Shown in pieces: positions 1-10,432 of a stretch of 64,000 bases of DNA. Source of the stretch: Anaeromyxobacteraceae bacterium (GTDB lineage Bacteria > Myxococcota > Myxococcia > Myxococcales > Anaeromyxobacteraceae); NCBI GenBank assembly GCA_047602405.1, contig JASGHJ010000002.1:3264001-3328000 (forward strand), given 5' to 3'. The notes under the pieces are model-generated. The model did not search any database and had not been told where the DNA came from. It saw only the letters and a list, made by a program, of their open reading frames with translations. Made by a program: the position numbers and the translations under genes. The first letter of the stretch is position 1. Every line of letters begins with the position of its first letter.

Positions 1-375
1 CGCACGCCCACCGCGCTCGACGCCGTCCGGGTGCTCGCCGAGCACGTGCCCGGCCCCGAGAACCAGGCGCGCTTCGTCGAGGAGCTCACGGCCGAGCTCG
101 CGCTCGTGCAGGTCGCCGGCCCCGGCGCGACGCCCGCGCCCGGCGCCCTGCCCGCCGCGTCCTTCGCCGCCCCCACGGGCGAGCTGCTCGACGCCGCCGC
201 GCTCGAGCGCGCCATCCGCGCCCTCGCGTCGCACGTCGGCCCGGTGGCGAAGATCCTCGTCTCGCGCGCCGCGCCCGCCGCCGCGAGCGAGGCCGCGCTC
301 TGGGCCGCGCTCGCCGCGCACGTCCCGGAGGGGCGCGAGCGCGACGCCTTCCTCGCGGGCGCCCCGCAGGGCTGA
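1..375 (+). CDS. 3' end of a gene starting before the window; C-terminal helical domain of the kind often seen on bacterial Ser/Thr kinases
   Basis: Open frame from base 1 to TGA at 373-375; LASHVGPVAKILVSRAA motif; catalytic domain not visible. Confidence 0.5.
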   Translation, partial: RTPTALDAVRVLAEHVPGPENQARFVEELTAELALVQVAGPGATPAPGALPAASFAAPTGELLDAAALERAIRALASHVGPVAKILVSRAAPAAASEAALWAALAAHVPEGRERDAFLAGAPQG

Positions 376-400
376 CGCCCCGGCGCGCCGCGCGGGGCCG

Positions 401-1654
401 CTACGGCACGCCCGTCGTCGGCGGGAAGAGCGTCGGGTGCTGCGCGAGCACCGTGCGCCTGAGGCCCGGCAGCGCGAGGTGGAACGCGAGGCTCGCGGCG
501 AGCACGACGCCCGCCCCGACCGCGAGCGTGAGCGGCGCCCCGAGCCGCGCCGACACCACCCCGGCCGCGAGCGAGCCGAACGGCGACACGCCCACGAACA
601 GCGTCGAGAACAGCCCCATCACCCGGCCGCGCATCCCGGCGGGCGCGAGCCCCTGCAGGAGCGTCATCGTGCCCGCCATCTGCGTGATGAACCCGAACCC
701 GGCGAGCACGAGCCCGGGCGCCGCGAGCCAGGGGGTCCGCGCGAGCGACACCGCCAGGATCCCGACGCCGAGCGCCGTCGAGCCCCAGGCCACCCGCCGC
801 CCGAGCCCGACGAGCCCCTTGCGCAGGAGGAGCGACACCGCGCCCCCGAGCGCCCCGACGCCCGCGCAGCCCAGGAGGGCGCCGTACAGGCCCGCCTCGC
901 CGTGCAGGACCGTCGAGGCAAACACCGGCAGGAGGGTCTGGTACGGGATCGCGAACATCGACGACACCGCGAGCAGCGCGAGGAGCGCGCGCACGTGCGC
1001 GGTGCCGCCCGCGTAGGCGAGCCCCTCGAGGAGGTGCGCGCGGCGGCTGCCCTCCGGCGGGGGCGGCTGCGGCGGCGGCCGCATCACGAGGAGCGCGGCG
1101 TAGGTGCCGAGGAACGAGAGCGCGTTCAGGAGGAAGCAGATGCCCTCGCCGAACGCCGCGACCACGACGCCCGCGAGCGCCGGGCCGACCACGCGCCCGG
1201 CGTTCACGATGGACGAGTTGAGGGCGATGGCGTTCGGGAAGTCCTCGCCCGCGAGGTCGGCGAGGAGCGCCTGCCGCGCGGGGATCTCGAACGCGTAGGT
1301 CATGCCGAGCATCGCGGCGAGGACGAGCACGTGCCAGGTGCGGACCTCGCCGGTGAGCGTGAGCGCCGCCAGCAACGACGCCTGCACGATTGCGTTCGTC
1401 TGCGTGACGAGCACGAGCCGCCGCCGCGGGAGCCGGTCGGCGATCGAGCCCGCCCAGACGCCGAACAGGAACACCGGCGCGGAGCCGAGGAACGCGACGA
1501 GCCCGAGCAGGCCGGACGAGCCGGTGAGCCGCCAGACGAGCCACGACTGGGCCACCGTCTGCATCCAGGTGCCGGCGAGCGACACCGCCTGCCCGGCGAA
1601 GAAGAGCCGGAGATCCCGCTGCCGCAGGGAGCGCAGGGCGTCGGGCCAGCGCAT
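401..1654 (-). CDS. MFS transporter (MFS_3/DUF894-like)
   Basis: 417 aa, about 12 TM segments, GQAVSLAGTWMQ and motif A-like GSIADRLPRRR. Confidence 0.9.
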   Translation of the reverse strand: MRWPDALRSLRQRDLRLFFAGQAVSLAGTWMQTVAQSWLVWRLTGSSGLLGLVAFLGSAPVFLFGVWAGSIADRLPRRRLVLVTQTNAIVQASLLAALTLTGEVRTWHVLVLAAMLGMTYAFEIPARQALLADLAGEDFPNAIALNSSIVNAGRVVGPALAGVVVAAFGEGICFLLNALSFLGTYAALLVMRPPPQPPPPEGSRRAHLLEGLAYAGGTAHVRALLALLAVSSMFAIPYQTLLPVFASTVLHGEAGLYGALLGCAGVGALGGAVSLLLRKGLVGLGRRVAWGSTALGVGILAVSLARTPWLAAPGLVLAGFGFITQMAGTMTLLQGLAPAGMRGRVMGLFSTLFVGVSPFGSLAAGVVSARLGAPLTLAVGAGVVLAASLAFHLALPGLRRTVLAQHPTLFPPTTGVP

Positions 1655-1669
1655 GGAGAGGGCCTCGCG

Positions 1670-3911
1670 CTAGAGCTGGATTTGGGCGCCCATCTCGACC
1701 ACCCGGTTCGGCGGGAGGCCGAAGAAGGTCGAGGCGGTCTGGGCGTTGCGGGCCATGACGATGAAGAGCTCGCTTGCGCCAGGTGGCCATCTTCGAGGGC
1801 CCGTTCGCGAGCAGGGTCTCGCGCCCCAGGAAGTAGGTCGTGTCCATCGGCACGAGCTCGAGCCTGGGCCCCGACGGGAAGCGCTTCGGGAGCGAGGCGA
1901 GCAGCGAGGGCACGTCCGGGCTCTCCATGAACCCGTAGCGCGCGACCACCTGGTAGAAGCCCGCGCCGAGGTCGACGAGGTCGACGCGCTCGCGCTCCGG
2001 CACGAACGGCACCTCGCCGGTGAGGACGGACGTGAAGACCACCCGCTCGTGCAGCACCTTGTTGTGCTTCAGGTGGTGCAGGAGCACCGGCGGCACGAAG
2101 CCGGTGTTGCCGGTCATGAAGACGGCGGTGCCGGGCACGCGCATGGGCTTTCTGCGCGTGACGTCGTCCATGAAGAGGTCGAGCGGGAGGCCCGCGCCGC
2201 GCATCATCTCGGCGAGCGCCACCCGGCCGCGCTTCCAGGTCGAGAGGAGGGCGAACACCCCGAGCGCCGCGGCGATGGGGAACCAGCCGCCCTCGTTGAC
2301 CTTCACGAGGTTCGCGCCGAGGAAGCCGAGGTCGACGAAGAGGAAGGTGAGCGTGAGCGCCCAGGTCGGGAGCCGCGGCCACTTCCAGAGATTGCGCGCC
2401 ACCCGGTGGAACAGGATGGTGGTCGTGGTCATCGTCCCCGTGACCGCGACGCCGTACGCGGAGGCGAGCGCCGCCGAGCTCTGGAACCCGATGACGAGGG
2501 CGAGGCACGCGATCCCGATCGCCCAGTTCACCTCCGGGATGTAGATCTGCCCGATCTCGGTGGAGGAGGTGTGGCGGATCGTCACGCGCGGGCAGTAGCC
2601 GAGCTGGACCGCCTGGTGCGTCAGGGAGAAGGAGCCCGAGATGAGGGCCTGCGAGGCGACCACGGCCGCCGCCGTCGCGACGCCGATCATCGGGTAGAGC
2701 GACCACGTCGGCGCGAGCAGGTAGAACGGGTTCCGCGCCGCCTCGGGGTCGAGCAGGACGAGCGCGCCCTGGCCGAGGTAGTTCAGGATCAGGGACGGCA
2801 TCACCACCGCGAACCAGGCGATCCGGATGGGCCGCCGGCCGAAGTGGCCCATGTCGGCGTAGAGCGCCTCGCCGCCGGTGATGACGAGCACGATCGAGCC
2901 GAGCACGAGGTAGCCGGTGACGCCCCCCTCGAGCAGGAACCGCACCGCGTGGCCCGGCCAGAGCGCCTCCAGCACGCGCGGCTCGGCGAGGATCCCGCGG
3001 ACGCCGAGGAGCCCGATCGAGAGGAACCAGACCAGCATGATCGGGCCGAAGATCGCGCCCACCGCGTGGGTGCCGCGCCGCTGCACGACGAAGAGCCCGA
3101 GGATGATGCCGACGGAGATCGGCACGACGAAGTGCGACAGCTGGGGCGCCGCGACGGTGAGGCCCTCCACCGCGCCGAGCACCGAGATGGCGGGCGTGAT
3201 GACGCCGTCCCCGTAGAGGAGCGCGGACCCGAAGAGGCCCACCATGAGGAGCACCGCCCGCCGCCGCCCGCCCTGCTTCAGCCCGACGAGGGCGAGCAAG
3301 GCGAGGATCCCGCCCTCCCCCTTGTTGTCGGCCCGCATCACGAACGAGAGGTACTTCACGACCACGACGAACGTGATCGACCAGACGACGAGCGAGAGCA
3401 CGCCGAGGACGTTCTCGTGGGTCGGCGCGACGCTGTGCGCGCCGGTGAAGCACTCCTTGATCGCGTAGAGCGGGCTCGTGCCGATGTCGCCGTACACGAC
3501 GCCGAGCGCGCCGAGCGCGAGGCCGGCGAGCGCCGCGCCGCGGGGGCCGCGGCGGCCGTGGCCGGGGACCGGGGTCAGGTTCGGCGAGGTGGCCGGCCGG
3601 GCGACCTTCGGCTCCGGCCGGTCGGGCGGCGGCGGCGCGTCCTTCGCCTTCAAGGCCTCGGGGTCTGGCGGGTGCATCACCGAGGCGACCGCCGGCCGGG
3701 TCGGGGCCGACGCCGCGGGGGTCGGGGCGGGGCCCGGGGCCGGGACGGACCCCGCCGGCGGCGGGACCACGACGGCGACCTGGCCCGGCGGGACCGGGGC
3801 TGGCGCGGGACGTTGCGGTCCGGGTTCGGCCGGCTTCGGCTGGACGCCGCCCTCGGACGTCGTCGTCGGGGGTGCGGCGGTTCCGGGTTCTCTTGAGGGC
3901 GAGTCGGCCAT
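1670..3911 (-). CDS. kup: KUP/HAK/KT potassium transporter with Pro-rich N-terminal extension; +1 frameshift near 1770
   Basis: Hand translation gives LALGALGVVYGDIGTSPLYAIKECF; C-terminus LFIVMARNAQTASTFFGLPPNRVVEMGAQIQL* lies in the next frame after WRK; not in the ORF track. Confidence 0.9.
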
Positions 3912-4090
3912 CAGGGGCGCTGCGAGGGGCGGGAGGTAAGCATGAGCGGCCCGTTGCGTCGAGGGCTCGTGCCGGGACGGCGCCCAAGCACTTGATTTTA
4001 GGCGACCTGGGCGTGTCGAGCACGCGCCCCGGAGCCCCGCAATGGGGGGTCTCGGCGAGCCCCGAAGCAGGATAAGAGGTGCTCCCCCCG

Positions 4091-5465
4091 ATGAAGCAGC
4101 TCCGCTCCGAGATGGCCGCGCTGTCGCGGCTCGCCCTCCCGCTCGCCCTCGCGCAGGCCGGGCAGGCGCTCATGGGCATCGTGGACGCTGCGGTGGTCGG
4201 CCGCGCCGGCGCCGGGGCCCTCGCGGCCGTGGGGCTCGGGACCGCGTTCACGATGACGCTCGCCGTGACCGGGATGGGGGTCATGCAGGGGCTCGACCCC
4301 CTCATCTCGCAGGCCGTCGGGGCGGGCGACCGGGTGGGCGCCCGCCGCCTCCTCTGGCAGGGGCTCTGGCTCGCCCTCGGCGTCGGGGCGGCGCTCACCC
4401 TCCCCTTCCTCTTCGTCCCGCGGGTCCTCGTCCCGCTCGGCATCGAATCCGGCGCTCGCCGGGCCCGCGGGGGACTACTTCCTCTGGCGGCTCCCGGGGC
4501 TCCCCGCGTTCTTCGCGTACATGGCCGCGCGCGCCTACCTGCAGGCCCTCGGCCTCGGCCGGCCGATGGTGGTCGCGACCGTCCTCGCGAACGTCGCGAA
4601 CCTCTTCCTCGACGTGCTGCTCGTCTACGGCGGGGCCGGGCTCCCGGCCTGGGCCGGGCCGCTCCGGCTCGTCCCCGCGCTCGGGGCGACCGGCGCCGCC
4701 CTCGCGACGACGCTCTGCACGGTGCTCCAGCTCCTCGTGCTCGTCCTCGCGATCCGCGCCGCCGATCCCGGCGTGGCGCCGCCGGCGCGGCGCCCCGACC
4801 CGCGCGTCCTCCGGGCCGCGCTGCGCGTCGGCTGGCCGGTCGGGGTCCACCTCGGCGCCGAGGTCGGCGTCTTCGCGCTCGTCGGCTTCCTCGCCGGCCG
4901 CCTCGGCGAGCTGCCGATGGCGGCGCACCAGCTCGCCATCTCGGTCGCGAGCTTCACCTTCACGTTCGCGGTCGGCTTCGGGCAGGCGGGCTCGGTGCGG
5001 GTGGGCTGGGCGGTGGGCGCGCGCGACCGCGAGGCGGCGCGGCGGGCCGGGCTCGCCGCGTTCGCCTCGGGCGTCCTCTTCATGACCTTCGCCGCGGCGG
5101 CGTTCCTCCTCTTCCCGGACGCGATCGCGGGCGCGTTCTCGAACGATCCCGACGTCATCGCGCTCGCGTCCCGGCTCCTCGCCGTGGCGGCGGTCTTCCA
5201 GCTCTTCGACGGGCTCCAGGGCGTGGGGGCGGGCGTCCTGCGCGGCGCGGGCGAGACGCACTTCACGCTCGTCGCGAACCTCGTCGGGCACTGGCTGCTC
5301 GGGTTCCCGGCGACGCTCGCGCTCGGCTTCTGGCTCGGCATGGGCGTCATCGGGCTGTGGTGGGGGTTCGTGCTCGGGCTCGGCACGGTGGGGCTGCTCC
5401 TCGTGGGGCGGTTCCTCGTCGTCTCCTCGAGGGAGATCCGTCCCTTGTCGGCCGGGCTGCATTAA
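4091..5465 (+). CDS. MATE family efflux transporter (NorM-like); +1 frameshift at 4445-4449
   Basis: ORF 4079 N-terminus joins ORF 4521 if GAATC is read GATC (LGIDPALAGPAGDYFLWRLPG); FQLFDGLQGVGAGVLRGAG motif. Confidence 0.88.
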
Positions 5466-5474
5466 CCTCGGGGC

Positions 5475-5909
5475 GTGCGCCTCACGCTCCCCCAGCCCTT
5501 CGAGGACCTCGACCACACCGCCGACGCGGGCGTGCGCGTCACGGGCGCCTCGGCCGGGGACGCGCTCGCCCGCCTCGTGCTCGCGCTCGGCGCGCTGCTC
5601 TCGGGCGGCGCGCCGGTCGCCGAGGAGCGCGAGGTCGCGCTCGAGGTCGCGGGCGGCCCGGACCTCGCCGGCGCGGCGGTGGCGCTGCTCCGCGAGGTGC
5701 TCTACCGGTGCGAGGTGGAGCGCGCCCTGCCCGCCGCCTGCGAGGTCCTGCGCGTCGACGCCGCGGGGGCCGCGGCGCGGGTGTGGCTCGGCCGGCGGGG
5801 CCCGGCGCACGACGGCGGCCTCGACGTGAAGGCGGTGACCCGGCACGCCGCGGCGCTCGAGCAGGACGCGGACGGCGGCTGGATCGGGCAGGCGGTCTTC
5901 GACCTGTGA
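5475..5909 (+). CDS. Archease
   Basis: DHTAD at N-terminus, DVKAVTRH, C-terminal VFDL; directly upstream of rtcB. Confidence 0.9.
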   Translation: MRLTLPQPFEDLDHTADAGVRVTGASAGDALARLVLALGALLSGGAPVAEEREVALEVAGGPDLAGAAVALLREVLYRCEVERALPAACEVLRVDAAGAAARVWLGRRGPAHDGGLDVKAVTRHAAALEQDADGGWIGQAVFDL

Positions 5910-5931
5910 CCCGAGGGAGGCGAGGCGCGCG

Positions 5932-7392
5932 ATGACGAGGCCCCGGACGACGACGACGCTGCGCCGCGTGGAGGGCGACCTGTGGGAGATCCCGCGCGAG
6001 GGCGGGATGCGCGTCCCCGGCCGCGTCTACTCGGCGGGCATGCCCGCGCCGGACGACCCCGCGCTCCGGCAGGTCGCGAACGTCGCGCACCTCCCCGGCA
6101 TCCTGCGCTTCGCGCTCGCGATGCCGGACGTGCACTGGGGCTACGGGTTCCCGATCGGCGGCGTCGCCGCGGTGGACGCCGAGCACGGCGCGGTCTCGCC
6201 CGGCGGCGTCGGCTACGACGTGAACTGCGGCGTGCGGGTGGTGACGACCGCGCTCACCGAGGACGAGGTACGGCCGCGCCTCGCGGACGTGGCGGCGCGC
6301 ATCCAGCGCGAGGTGCCGGCGGGCGTCGGCTCGACGTCGGCGCTGCCGGCGCTCTCCGACGAGGACCTCGACGACGTCCTCCGGGAGGGCGCGGCCTGGG
6401 CCGCGCGGCGGGGGTTCGCCGCCGGCGAGGACGACCCGGCCCGCTGCGAGGAGGGGGGCCGACTCCCGGGCGCGGACCCCGCGGCGGTGAGCGCGCGGGC
6501 CCGGGCCCGCGGCCGGGACCAGCTCGGCACGCTCGGGAGCGGCAACCACTTCCTCGAGGTGGACCGGGTCGCCGAGGTGTACGACCCGGCCGCCGCGGAG
6601 GCCTTCGGGCTCGTGCGGGGCGCCGTCGCGGTCCAGATCCACTCCGGCTCCCGCGGCCTCGGCCACCAGGTCTGCGACGAGACGCTCGACGCGCTCGCCC
6701 GCGATCCGGGCCGCTTCGGCGCGGACTACGCCCGGCTGCCGGACCCGCAGCTCGCCTGCGCGCCGGTCGCGAGCGAGGAGGGCCGCCGCTACCTCGCCGC
6801 CATGCAGGCCGCCGCGAACTTCGCCTGGGCGAACCGCCAGGTCATGACCGGCCTCCTCGTGCGCGCGCTGTCCGCGTCGCTGCGCGTCCCGGAGGCCCGC
6901 CTCGGCGCGCGGCTCCTCTACGACGTCTGCCACAACGTCGCGAAGCACGAGGACCACGAGGTGGACGGGCGCACCGTGCGCGCGCTCGTGCACCGCAAGG
7001 GCGCGACCCGCGCCTTCGGCCCGGGCGACCCCCGGGTCCCCGCGCCGTACCGGGCGGTGGGACAGCCGGTGCTCGTGCCCGGCGACATGGGCCGGTGCTC
7101 GTTCGTGCTCGCCGGGACCTCGCGCGCGATGCGCGACACCTTCGGCAGCTCCTGCCACGGCGCCGGCCGGGTCCTCTCGCGCGGCGAGGCGCTCCGCCGG
7201 GCGCGGGGCCGCTCGATCGCCCGCGAGCTCGAGGCGCGCGGGATCGAGGTCCGCGCCCGCGCGCCGAAGACGCTCGGGGAGGAGATGAGCGAGGCCTACA
7301 AGGACGTCACCCGCGTCGTCGCGGTGATGCACGACATGGGCATCTCCCGGCTCGTCGCCCGGCTCGAGCCGCTCGCGGTCGTGAAGGGCTGA
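5932..7392 (+). CDS. rtcB: RtcB RNA ligase
   Basis: MPDVHWGYGFPIGG, GGVGYDVNCG, GSGNHFLE, HNVAK, HRKGAT, SCHGAGR, AYKD motifs. Confidence 0.96.
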   Translation: MTRPRTTTTLRRVEGDLWEIPREGGMRVPGRVYSAGMPAPDDPALRQVANVAHLPGILRFALAMPDVHWGYGFPIGGVAAVDAEHGAVSPGGVGYDVNCGVRVVTTALTEDEVRPRLADVAARIQREVPAGVGSTSALPALSDEDLDDVLREGAAWAARRGFAAGEDDPARCEEGGRLPGADPAAVSARARARGRDQLGTLGSGNHFLEVDRVAEVYDPAAAEAFGLVRGAVAVQIHSGSRGLGHQVCDETLDALARDPGRFGADYARLPDPQLACAPVASEEGRRYLAAMQAAANFAWANRQVMTGLLVRALSASLRVPEARLGARLLYDVCHNVAKHEDHEVDGRTVRALVHRKGATRAFGPGDPRVPAPYRAVGQPVLVPGDMGRCSFVLAGTSRAMRDTFGSSCHGAGRVLSRGEALRRARGRSIARELEARGIEVRARAPKTLGEEMSEAYKDVTRVVAVMHDMGISRLVARLEPLAVVKG

Positions 7393-7431
7393 GCCGAGGC
7401 GTTCGCGGCCGGGCGTGCGCACCTTGCGGTC

Positions 7432-7659
7432 ATGAACGGGGAAGGCGATAGGAGGGTCCCTGTCCTGCAGGTGCTCCGCGGGGGCCGGCGGCCGGACGCC
7501 CCGGCCCGCAAGCCCCAGGCGCGGCTCCGGGTGCTGGAGGGCGGCGAGGCGAGCGACCTCGCGGCGGCCCTCGAGGAGACCGTGCAGGCGGCCCGGCGGA
7601 TGCGGCGGGAGATCGAGGAGCGCATCGCGCGCTCGCTCGAGGACCCGCGGAAGCTGTGA
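7432..7659 (+). CDS. Small hypothetical protein with coiled-coil C-terminus
   Basis: 75 aa, high GC3, follows rtcB. Confidence 0.55.
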   Translation: MNGEGDRRVPVLQVLRGGRRPDAPARKPQARLRVLEGGEASDLAAALEETVQAARRMRREIEERIARSLEDPRKL

Positions 7660-7695
7660 CGCCCGCCCCTGGGTGCGCAGCACCGAAGCCGAGGG

Positions 7696-10275
7696 CTAGC
7701 CGTTGAGCCGGGCGTAGCCGGCCTCGCCGGGCGCCGACATGGGCCAGTACTCGACCGCGTCGAGCACCACGTTCACGGCGTCGGTCGAGAACCCGAGCCG
7801 GCTCCTTGCGATCGAGCCGAGCACCGACCAGGTCGTCCCGTCCGGTGAGGTCTCGAGGTACACGGTCCCCGACTGCTCGCGGATGCGCCACCGCGCCTGC
7901 GCGGTGGGCGACCAGGCGGTGGTCCCGAGCGTCACCTGGGCGCCGCCGATCGTCGCGTAGGCGGAGAGCTCGCCCCACTCGAGCCAGAAGCCGAGGTCGT
8001 CGGTCTCGGCCTTCGGCGGCGGCGCCTGGAGCCGCACCTTCTGGTTCACGTTGCCGCGCGCGACCGCGGAGGCGACCCCGACGGTGAGCGAGGAGCCGGT
8101 GAGCGCGTAGGTGCCCACGCTCGTGACGAACGCGCCCGAGGGCGCCGCGCCGGCCGCGGGCGCGATGGCGAGCACGCCACCCGACGCGGTGACCTTGCCC
8201 CCGCCCATCGTCGACACCGTCCACAGGGAGGCGTCGACGGCGGGGCCGGTGAAGGGATCCTTCAGGGTGGCGAGCGCGGGCGTGCCTGACGGAGGTGGGG
8301 GCGGAGGAGGAGGAGGCGGAGGCGCCGCGACCGCCGTCGAGTACGTCCAGGCGGTGACGTCCTGCACCGCCGTGAGCCCGCCCGTCCCGGCCGTGAAGCC
8401 GGCCCAGGCCTTCGTGCCGCCCACCGCCGCGGGCAGGTCCACGGCGAAGCTGCGCGTGAACGCCGCGCCGGTGGTCGCGTCCTTCACGGTGAGCGCGAGC
8501 GCGCCGTCGGCGTAGACGAGCTGGACCGCGATGGGGTGGCCCGCCTTGAGGTTCACGCCCGCCCCGCCCAGCGAGAACGCCGGCGTGGTGGGCGAGGTGC
8601 CGCCGAGGTAGAGCCCCGTCGAGCCCGTCCCCTCGCCCGCGTTGTCGTAGAGGTCGAGCTTCACCGCGGCCGAGCGCGCGATCCCGGCGGGGCCACCGGG
8701 CCGGTCCGGCCCGTAGCCGAGCCCGCCGCCGTCGGGGCCGAGCGCGCCCGTCCCCACGCCCTGCAGCGTGAAGGTGAGCCCGTCCGCCTGCGCCTGCGCG
8801 AGGGAGACCGTGAACGCGGTCGTGAAGCGATCGACCGGGACCTGCACCGGGAAGAAGGCGCTCCCGGCCTCGTGACCGCCGCCGTCGGTGAGCCGGAGCG
8901 CGCTGCCCTGGAGCCGCGCGCTGCCGTTGAGCGCGAGCCCGCCGGCGCCGAAGCCGGCGTGGTAGTCGATGACGAGGTCACCCGAGGGCGGGGGGGGCGG
9001 CGGAGGAGGAGGCGGCGGGGGTGGGGGCGGCGCCGCCGCGAGCGCGAACCGCGCGTCGGCGAGCGTCACGATCGGATCCCACCACCCCTTCCCGAACGCG
9101 CAGTTCAGGGACGGCGCCCCGTCCGGGAGCCGCTCCGGCGCGGTGGGGTACCCCTTGAACCCGTGGCTGTCGTCGAGCACCTCGAAGGTGCCGAAGCCGC
9201 GGGAGAGCTGGTAGTGGCGCAGCTCGTAGTCGTTGCCGCCGCGGAAGTGGACCGTGCAGACGTGCAGGTCGCCGCCCGCGAGCGTCACGGCGGGCTGCAC
9301 CGCCCAGTCGCCCGGCGCCTCGACGCGCGTGCGCGCCCCGAACGCCCGGCCGTCGAAGTGCCGGTGGTAGAGCTCCTCGTAGGGGTCCTTGTAGACGAGG
9401 TGCAGGCCGCCTGCGCCGTCGGCGACGGCCGAGAACGCGGCCCCGTGGTAGACGTGATCGCCGTCGGGGAACGCGTTTACCGGCGCCGACCAGCGGTCGA
9501 CCGGATCGGCGTCGTCGCGGACCGCGAGCCGGGCCGGGTCGTCCCACGAGTAGTCGCCCCACAGCGCGAGCAACCGCCCACCGAGCGAGACGACCCGGCC
9601 GCCGCCGAGCGTGCCGACCCGCGCGAGGTCCGGCTGGCGCGCGAAGCTCGCGCCGCCGTCGGTGGAGACCCAGAGGGCGAGGTCGTCGCCGCAGGCCTCG
9701 CAGGCGTCGCGCAGCCAGGCCTGCACCCAGATCCGGCCCACCGAGTCGACGGCGAGCGTCGCGCGGTGGAAGGCGCGGCCCGCGGGCGGGGACGCGATCG
9801 TCACGCGCGCGTCCGGCGCCCAGCCGCCCGCGCCGTCGTACCGGAGGCGCTGGAACGCGACGACCCGCCGGGGATCGTCGCCGTCCGGCGGGAAGGTCGA
9901 GCCGGTGGTGTCGTACGAGTAGACGGCGAGGACGTCGTCGCCGAGGACGGCGAGGTCCGCGGTCATCATCCGCGGCGAGCCCACGAGGAGCCGCGCGAAC
10001 GACCACGTCGCGCCCTCGTCGTCGCTGCGCCACAGCCCCAGCCCCTCCGGCGCGTCCGGGCCGGCGCCGTACTCGTTCTGCGCCGCCAGGAGGTGCACCG
10101 GCGCGCGGCCCGCCGGGGCGACCCGGACCAGGTGGCGCTGCGCGACCGTCGCGAGCGCGTCCGGGCTGCCCACCTCGCCGAGGGTGGTCGCGGTCGCCGC
10201 CGACGCCCCTCCCGGCGCGAGCAGCGTCCACGCACACACCACCCCCGGCAGCCAGGCCGCCCGAGCCCCCCGCAT
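7696..10275 (-). CDS. Secreted multidomain protein: Asp-box propeller, L-type lectin domain, further beta-sandwich, poly-Pro linkers
   Basis: GGAGG before ATG at 10275; signal peptide; [10 protein letters not shown] and VSTDGGASF Asp-boxes; [16 protein letters not shown]...ADGLTF legume-lectin pattern. Confidence 0.72.
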   Translation of the reverse strand: MRGARAAWLPGVVCAWTLLAPGGASAATATTLGEVGSPDALATVAQRHLVRVAPAGRAPVHLLAAQNEYGAGPDAPEGLGLWRSDDEGATWSFARLLVGSPRMMTADLAVLGDDVLAVYSYDTTGSTFPPDGDDPRRVVAFQRLRYDGAGGWAPDARVTIASPPAGRAFHRATLAVDSVGRIWVQAWLRDACEACGDDLALWVSTDGGASFARQPDLARVGTLGGGRVVSLGGRLLALWGDYSWDDPARLAVRDDADPVDRWSAPVNAFPDGDHVYHGAAFSAVADGAGGLHLVYKDPYEELYHRHFDGRAFGARTRVEAPGDWAVQPAVTLAGGDLHVCTVHFRGGNDYELRHYQLSRGFGTFEVLDDSHGFKGYPTAPERLPDGAPSLNCAFGKGWWDPIVTLADARFALAAAPPPPPPPPPPPPPPPSGDLVIDYHAGFGAGGLALNGSARLQGSALRLTDGGGHEAGSAFFPVQVPVDRFTTAFTVSLAQAQADGLTFTLQGVGTGALGPDGGGLGYGPDRPGGPAGIARSAAVKLDLYDNAGEGTGSTGLYLGGTSPTTPAFSLGGAGVNLKAGHPIAVQLVYADGALALTVKDATTGAAFTRSFAVDLPAAVGGTKAWAGFTAGTGGLTAVQDVTAWTYSTAVAAPPPPPPPPPPPSGTPALATLKDPFTGPAVDASLWTVSTMGGGKVTASGGVLAIAPAAGAAPSGAFVTSVGTYALTGSSLTVGVASAVARGNVNQKVRLQAPPPKAETDDLGFWLEWGELSAYATIGGAQVTLGTTAWSPTAQARWRIREQSGTVYLETSPDGTTWSVLGSIARSRLGFSTDAVNVVLDAVEYWPMSAPGEAGYARLNG

Positions 10276-10432
10276 GTCCCCTCCCCGGCGCCGCGGACGC
10301 GGCGCGCTCCCCCGAGAAAAGAGGCGCAATGCCGCGCGGGGCGGCAAGCGCCGCGAGCGGGGTCCGCCCCGGACCGGCCGCGTCCCCGGGAGGCGCCGTG
10401 CCCGCGCCGCCGGGGGCGGTTACAACCGGGGC

